Shown in pieces: positions 51,731 to 64,000 of a DNA stretch of 64,000 bases. Every line of letters begins with the position of its first letter. The stretch's first letter is position 1. A program made the position numbers and the translations under genes. The notes under the pieces are model-generated. The model did not search any database. It worked only from the letters and a program-made list of their open reading frames with translations, and had not been told where the DNA came from. The stretch is from NCBI RefSeq assembly GCF_009914755.1, contig NC_060936.1; one strand, 5' to 3'. The stretch is from the human T2T-CHM13v2.0 reference genome, Homo sapiens.

Positions 51731-52577
51731 TAATATAGTTTGAATATTTGTCCCCTCCAAATCTCAAATTGAAATGTGACCCCCAGTGTTGGAAGTGGGG
51801 CCTAGTAGGAGATGTTTGGGTCATGGGGACAGATCCCTCATGAATGGCTTGATGCCCTCCTTACAGTAATGAATGAGTTCTTGCTCTATTAGTTAATGTG
51901 CAATCTGATTGTTAAAATCTCTCGCCATGTGACACACTGGCTCTCCTTGCCTTCCACCATGATTGGAAGCTTCCTGAGGCTTCCCCAGAAACAGACACTG
52001 GTACCTTGTTCTGTTAGAAATAAAAGCTCAGAGTCGTAAAGAAAATGAGCACTCAAACACAAGATTTCTCAGCAAGGCAAATTTTCTTCTGCAGAAGGGT
52101 GCAGCTTGCACCAGTCATTATCGCAAGAGCACACCGAGCAGGGTAGGAAAGGGGTTTTTATCTCTAATGCAGTTCCTAGCACTTCTGTGTCCTTTCCCCA
52201 TTGGCTGGGGTTGGACCTCACAATCTAAGCTAACTCGATTGGCTAAGGTTTAAAATTGAATAGGGTCTATTAGGTGGAGAGTCCGTTACTAGGTGGGAAA
52301 AGAGTCTGTTACTAGGCGGGAAGGCATATCTGGACTTGTCTGGGCATGGCAAAGGCAGGAAGGTTGTTTACAGAACAGGTAACTAGGAGACAAGGAAGTA
52401 CAAGGAAGTTGGTTTTAAGAAACAAAGAACAGGGAACTAAAGCTTTTTGAAGAGGAATTTATCATCTCTGACACTTCTTGTACAGTCTGCAGAACTGTGA
52501 GGCAATTAAACTTCTTTTCTTTGTAAATTACCCAGCCTTAGCTATTCCTTTATACAATGCAAAATGGACCAAATATA
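51731..52577 (+). mobile_element. MSTB-like MaLR LTR
   Basis: taatatagtttgaatatttgtcccctccaaatctc start; 5-bp near-TSD ctact/gtact. Confidence 0.8.
52012..52473 (-). mobile_element. LTR10-family solo LTR
   Basis: TG...CA ends, near-TSD gttc/cttc; tctcagcaaggcaa, ttctgcagaagggtgc and cacaatctaa are shared in reverse complement with the LTR10 at 35984-36508. Confidence 0.78.
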
Positions 52578-53015
52578 GTACTCAAGTATAACCTCATTCT
52601 AACTTAAATCTTAATTACATCTGCAAAGACTATTTCCAAGTAAGGTCACACTCACAGGTACCAGGGGTTAGGACTTCAACACATCCTTTGGGGCAGATAC
52701 AATGTTGAGGATTGCCTCAACAGACTCTGAAGAAATTGCAATAATATTTGGAATAAAAGGCCTTTCTTGCATTTCATTTTTTAAAAAATATTGTATCATG
52801 TTTAGGATGTAAAAATTTTGTGACTTTTCTATAGAATTGTTAGCCAGAAATGTTATATTGAGAGATACATATGTTCTATGAAGTTTGAGTTTTAAAAATG
52901 AAGAGAAGGCTGGGCATGCCTGTAATCCTAGCATTTTAGGAAGCCAAGGCAGACAGTTTGCTTGAGCCCAGGAGTTCAAGACCAGCCTGGGCAACATAGC
53001 AAAATCCTATCTCTA

Positions 53016-53408
<393 letters not shown>

Positions 53409-53660
53409 TCAGGAGACTGAGGTGGGAGGATCATTTGAGCTTGGGAGGATGAGGCTGCAGTGAGCCATGATTGAGCCACTGCACTCTGCACTCCAGCCTG
53501 GGCAATAGAGCAAGACTGTCTTAAAAAAAAAAAAAAAGGTATTTCTCTTTTAGGGGAGAAGGTTTACCTGGGAGGCATTATGCAGGGTGAGCAGTAATCT
53601 ATCTGGAGGACACACTTGGGTTTGGTGAAGGTGACACTTCTTCAAAGAGAAATCGAGGGT

Positions 53661-55540
<1,880 letters not shown>

Positions 55541-56435
55541 GTGCTCAGTGGTCAGGAGGAAGAAAGACCTATGTGTCACTGAGCAGAGACTGTAACTTCC
55601 TGCCTTCAGTTATTCCCAGTTACTCTTAGAAGTGGTTTATTTATCTTTGCAAAATGGATCTCACAGTCATGGGGTGCCGCTGCCACAGTGGCGGGGCCCA
55701 CTTAGTGACTGCCAAACTTCAGACTTGAAAGGGTATCCTTTTGTCAGACTCCAGTGGGCTGTGCAAGAAATCCGGGGAAAGTGCAAGTGAGGCCTCTGAG
55801 ATGCAGGAAGACCAGAATTCCTAGTCCATTTTATTTTTATTTAAAAAAGCAAGAATTTAAACTTTACTGACATTGATTATACAGTATGCACTGGATTTGT
55901 CACTCTGAATCTATGTCACCGTTATGTGTCACCTCCTCGGGGAAGAACAGAAGCGTCACATTGTGGTGACTTTCCTCCCTGAACCCCTTCAGAGTGCAGC
56001 ATATTACAGGTTAGGAGTGCCTGGTTAAAGGCAGATGGAATGATCTAGTTTCAGCTAAACCTATCTTTACACAACAGATAAGTGGCTTTAAAAGACTCCT
56101 ACAGAGAAACTGCTGGTTTTCAAGATAACTCTAATAATGCATGTGGCGGCAAACAAGGAGCTGTTTGACAACACTGACATCTATTCCTACAGGCATAGAA
56201 GCCCTTTGTCTGCTATTTGACAAGAAAATATAATAAAAATCTAACATAGTTTATTAGAAGTTGGTCAAAACATTCAAAATTACCAACACTGTTTGAAATA
56301 CGGATTTATATTATTGTTACTATGAGCCTCACCCTAATTGTTGTGTATGAAGAGGTTTCATGAAATGTCTGTTCTGGTTATTACAGCCATGTATCCACCA
56401 AGATTTGAAATAAGCTGAACTTAGAAGCAGTTCTT

Positions 56436-56798
<363 letters not shown>

Positions 56799-56804
56799 TT
56801 ACAT

Positions 56805-57115
56805 CAAGGGTCCCCAAACCCTGTTAGGAATGGGGCCACACAGCAGGAGGTGAGTGGTGGGCGAGGGAGCATTACTGCCTGAGCTCCACCTCCTGTCAGA
56901 TCAGCAGTGGCATTAGATTCTCATAGGGGCGTGCACCCTATTGTGAACTGTGCATGTGAGGGATCTTGGTTGCACACTCCTTATGAGAATCTAATGCCTG
57001 ATGATCTGAGGTGGAACAGTTTCATCCTGAAACCATCCCCACCCCACCACCAGTCCATGGAAAAGCTGTCTTCCACGAAATTGGTCCCTGGTGCCAAATA
57101 GGTTGGGGACCACTG
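56805..57115 (+). mobile_element. MER1B (hAT-Charlie MITE)
   Basis: TIRs caagggtccccaa / ttggggaccactg; 8-bp near-TSD atttacat/cttcacat. Confidence 0.88.
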
Positions 57116-57422
57116 CTTCACATCACTATTTCATAGTGTTGAACCAGGCTTTCAAAATTAGTGAAATGCAGAACGTACAACCACTGGTCCCCTTCCCATG
57201 ATAGTGGGAAAGACCTGGGTCTAGAGTCTATATTTTTGTACTTATGAGACATGTTAAAGTATAGTTTTCAAGAAGGTAACAATGTGGCTGTCTGGCAAAT
57301 ATGCAGTGAAATGTGTCAAAGATTTTACTTAGCTCACCGATTAATGAGGGAACCAGTAAAGATGCAGTGACCAGTTCAAAGAGCATTTGAGAAACAAGAA
57401 GATTTCTAGGACAAGACATGAG

Positions 57423-58013
57423 TGTGATGGTTAATTTTAGGTGTCAGTTTGACTGGATTAAGGAATACCTAGAAACTTAGTAAAGCATTGTTTCTGGGTG
57501 TGTCTGTGAGGATGTTTCCAGAGGAGATACCATATGAGTCTGAGTGGACTAAGTGGGGAAGATTCCCCTCAATGTGTGTGGGCACGGTCCAACTTGCTGG
57601 GGGCCCAGAGAGAACAAGAACAGAAAGGGAGAATGTGTCCATCTGTCTGCCAGAGCTGGGATGCACTTTTCTTCTTCTGTCCTCGGACAACAGTTCCAGG
57701 CTCCCGGGCCTTTGGACTCTAGGACTTACATCAGTGGCCCCTGGAGTTCTCAGGCCTTTGGCCTCAGATTGAAGTTATACCATCAGTTTCCCTGGTTCCG
57801 AGGCTTTCACACTTGGGCTGAACCACACTACTGACATCCCAAGGTCTCCAGCTCGCAGATGGCCTGTGATGGAACTTCTCAGCCTCCATAATTGTGAGAG
57901 CCAATCCCTCTAATAAATCCTTTTTCCTATATCTATATTTATATCTATATCATCTATCTGATCTATATCTATCATGTCCCATTGATTCTGTGTCTCTGGA
58001 GAACCCTAAGATA
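57423..58013 (+). mobile_element. MLT2B-type solo LTR (ERVL)
   Basis: tgtgatggttaattttaggtgtcagtttgactggattaagg...gattctgtgtctctggagaaccct. Confidence 0.85.
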
Positions 58014-58626
58014 GTGAATTAAATGTTAATGTCCAACAAGCCACAAATCAGGAGTTACAGTCATGCACTGAATAACAACATTTTGATCAATGGCAGACTG
58101 TATATATGACAGCAGTTCTGTAAGCTTATAATGGAGCTAAAACATTCCTATTGCCTAGTGACACTGTGGCTATTCTGACGTCATAGCATACTGGATTACT
58201 GGTGTGTTTGTGGTGATGCTGGTGTAAACAAACCTGCTGTGCTGCCAGTCATATAAAAGTATAGCATGCACAATTATGTACAGTCCATAATACTTTATAA
58301 TGATAATAAAAGACTATGTTACTGGTTTATGTACTTACTCTATTCTTTGTTGTTATTTTAGAGTATACTCCTACTTATTTAAAAAAAAAAGTTAACTGCA
58401 AAATAGCCTCCGGCAGGTCCTTTAGGAGGTGTTCCAGAAGGCATTGTTATCATAGTAGATGACAGCTCCATGCATGTTATTGTCCCTGAACCTTCTAGTG
58501 GGACAAGACGTAGAGGTGGAAGACAGTGATATTGATGATCCTGACTATAAGTAGGCCTAGACTAATGTGTGTGTTTGCATCTTAGTTTCGAACAAAAAAA
58601 GTTTAAAAAATAAAAAAAGCTTATAG

Positions 58627-58917
<291 letters not shown>

Positions 58918-59089
58918 TGATCTGCCCACCTCGGCCTCCCAGAGTGCTGGGATTACAGGTGTGAGCCACTGCACCCGGCCAATGTGTTTGTGTTTTAAGC
59001 TAAGTGTTATTACAAAAGAGTCAAAAGTTTTTAAAAATTTTAAAGTTTAAAAAGTAAAAAAGCTACAGTAAGCTAAGATTTATTATTTA

Positions 59090-59293
<204 letters not shown>

Positions 59294-59704
59294 TCATAAA
59301 AAATTAAAAAATGTTTAAAAATAAATGCCCCACCTGAGCAACATGGTGAAACCTCGTCTCTACAAAAAATTTAAAAACTACCCGGGCATGGTGGCGGGTG
59401 CCTGTGGTCCCAGCTATTCGGGAGGCTGAGGTGGGAGGATCTCTTGAGCCTAGGGAGGTCAAGGCTGCAGTGAGCTGTGATCGCACCACTGCACTCCAGC
59501 CAGGTGAGAGAGCTAGGCCCTGTCTCAAAAATAAAATAAAATAATCCATACATAAATAAATAATAGATGTAGCATAGCCTAAGTGTCCAGTGGTTATAAT
59601 CTACAGTAGTGCACCGTAATGTTGTAGGCTTTCACATTCAATCACCACTCAGTGACTCACCCAGGCAACCTCCAGTGCTGCAAGCTCCATTCATAGTAAG
59701 TGCC

Positions 59705-61533
<1,829 letters not shown>

Positions 61534-61914
61534 TGTCCTATACAGGTGTACCATTTTTTATCTTTTATACCATATTTTTACCGTACCTACTTATGTTTAG
61601 ATACACAATTACTTACCATTGTGCTACAATTGCCTACAGTATTTAGCATACTAACACACTGTACAGGTTTGTAACCTAGGAGCAATTTGCTATTCCATAT
61701 ATAGTAGGCTGTATCATCTAGGTTTGTGTAAGCACACTCTATAAGGTTTGCACGAGGACAAAATCACCTCACGCATTTCTCCCTGCTGTTAAGCAATGTG
61801 TGACCTGTATCTGTCCCACCAACAGAAGTTATTTGCATTTCTTCCTGACAAAAATCTTCAAGTTAACAAGTAATTTCACGAATTCTGGGACCCTTAATCA
61901 ATAGTAAATAATGG

Positions 61915-62695
61915 GATAAACTTTACGTTACTATGATCCTCTGGCTGAATCCAGCCCACATATTTTGTAAATAAAGTTTTGTTGGAGCCCAGCCTATTTC
62001 TTCCTTTGCTTATTGTCCATGACTGCTTTTGTGCCACAATGGCAGTCCTGAGTACACACAGCAGAGATTCTAAAGTCCACAGATTTAGACTTGAGTTCTC
62101 AACACAGAAATCCTAAAGCTCACAGTAGAGACAGGGTTTCTACCTGACTCAGAGCCTGAGAAATTTACTATGACTTAGAGCCTGAGAAATTTACTATGTG
62201 AACCTTTACATGCTGGGGAAAGCCTGAGGGTCATGACCAACTCAGCACTCCACTGGAGGCTATATGATAAAAGAGCAAACTGTTTATCACGAATGCAGGA
62301 TGTGGGGAAACTCACATCTGCACCTGCCACCAGAAGGTATGCTGAGGGCAATCACTCCCTGGCGCCGTGCTCCTTGAGGTTATCTACTGGAACATCTGGA
62401 GCCTACTGTTCAAAGAAAGCAGTTATGCAGGCCTGCACTAAGTGAAACAGCTGACTGACAACCACCCCCTCCTCATTATTTCCTTTACTCAATAAATACA
62501 AAGGGCTATAGAAGCTCAGGGCCCTTGTTCACTAGAAGCAAGGAGACCCCTGACCCCTTCTTCCAAATATACTTGTTTGTCTTTGTCTTTATTCCCTCAT
62601 TCGTCCTCCTTTGTTCAGTCCACCAGGGTCCGTGGCACAGTGGAGCCTGAGGGTTGTGACCAACTTTTACAAATAAAGTTCGTTGGCCCTCACTC
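61915..62695 (+). mobile_element. MER58A-like MITE split by LTR3
   Basis: ttttgtaaataaagttttgttgga...tttactatgtgaacctttaca|...|aataaagttcgttggccc. Confidence 0.6.
62211..62637 (+). mobile_element. LTR3 (HERV-K HML-6) LTR
   Basis: tgagggtcatgaccaactcagcactccactggaggctatatg...caataaatacaaagggctatagaagctcaggg; ~427 bp. Confidence 0.8.
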
Positions 62696-62739
62696 TAGAC
62701 AACCCTATGATGATCTTTGCCACTGCATGAAAGTGAAAT

Positions 62740-63293
62740 TGTCAGAAGCATGTGAACCAGAGCAACTCCATCTTGAATAGGGGCTGGGTAAAATGAGGCT
62801 GAGACCTACTGAGCTGCATTCCCAGATGGTTAAGGCATTCTAAGTCACAGGATGAGGTAGGAGGTTGGCACAAAATACAGGTCTTAAAGACCTTGCTGAT
62901 AAAACAGACTGCAGTAAAGATGCCAGCTAAAACCCAACAAAACCAAGATGGCAACAAGAGTGTCCTCTGATTGTCCTCTCTGCTACACTCCGTCCAGTGC
63001 CATGACAGTTTACAAATGCCATGGCAACGTCAGGAAGTTACCCTATGTGGTCTAAAAAGGGGAAACATGAATAATCCACCCCTTGTTTAGCATATCATCA
63101 ATAAATAACTATAAAAATGGGCAACCAGCAGCCCTCGGGGCTGCTCCGTTCATGAAGTAGCCATTCTTTTATTCCTTTACTTTCCTAATAAACTTGCTTT
63201 CACCGTACTCTACTGACTTGCCCTGAATTCTTTCTTATGCAAGATCCAAGAACCCTCTCTTGGGATCTGGATCAGGACTCCTTTCCTGTAACA
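62740..63293 (+). mobile_element. MER41A-type solo LTR (554 bp)
   Basis: TGTCAGAAGCATGTGAACCAGAGCAACTCCATCTTGAATAGG...CCTTTCCTGTAACA; lacks the GAS segment at ~63064. Confidence 0.88.
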
Positions 63294-63564
63294 AAAGGAT
63301 GTGCTATTTAGCTTTTTGCCTTATTTCCAAGTTTTGCATACTTTTTCTGACCAACACTTGAGAACCTTTAATATATAGTTTTTCTGTTTCCATTGTCTTC
63401 AGTTCCAATTGTCTTTTGGTTCCAATTCTCTAAGTTTTAATTCAACCAGTGTTTACTGAACACATACTATGTACCAGAAGCTACTGCAATGAATGGAACC
63501 TAGCCCTCACCTTCACATTTTGTGAGGAAATCAAATGTGTGACTGTGAAGGGTTCTTCTTTTAG

Positions 63565-63778
<214 letters not shown>

Positions 63779-64000
63779 TAGCCAGGATGGTCTTGATCTC
63801 CTGACCTCGTGATCCGCCCGCCTTGGCCTCCCAAAGTGCTGGGATTACAGGCGTGAGCCACCGTGCCTGGCCAAGAGGAGAACTGTAAGTCCAATCTAAG
63901 GAAGATATCCTAGATATGCGAAGATTGAAGGCAGGGGAGAAAGAGAAATAAGACATGTTAATAGTTGCTAGAGGGAAACATGTGAATTTGTTTTGGGGAC

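Larger units (their letters stand above)
51408..52703 (-). mobile_element. MLT1 (MaLR) LTR hosting MSTB and an LTR10
   Basis: tattagttttctagagctgccataacaaagcaccacaaactgggtgg...taattacatctgcaaagactatttccaagtaaggtcaca. Confidence 0.82.

Noticed and set aside
55670-55700. CTCF-like GC-rich motif gccgctgccacagtggcgg
   Set aside because: Spacing does not fit the CTCF core; only a short palindrome.

Overview
Primate (human-like) genomic DNA, not prokaryotic. The first ~1.1 kb holds the last coding exon and 3' UTR of a + strand gene whose C-terminus ([52 protein letters not shown]) I recognise from memory as RESF1 (KIAA1551/C12orf35). The remaining ~63 kb is gene-free and very dense in transposons: on the order of 100 Alu copies or fragments (visual estimate), many ERV LTRs, Tigger/Charlie DNA-transposon fossils, L1/L2 fragments and an ERVL pol relic. 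Essentially all supplied ORFs are Alu-derived or low-complexity artefacts. Best signals: (1) a 2.9-kb HERV-I/LTR10 element at 33599-36521 with the anatomy of an L1-mobilised, spliced, G-to-A hypermutated env mRNA retrocopy (R-start with extra G, A-rich tail, 16-bp TSD inside an Alu); (2) a MER41B-type LTR with two intact GAS motifs, plus a MER41A-type LTR lacking them; (3) an LTR10-family solo LTR with three abutting p53 half-sites; (4) an LTR3 with an aberrant PBS/U3 tail inside its TSD; (5) an old inverted duplication of an LTR end; (6) multi-level nested insertions. Repeat family names come from recall of consensus sequences and need RepeatMasker/Dfam confirmation. I find no evidence of a new protein-coding system.
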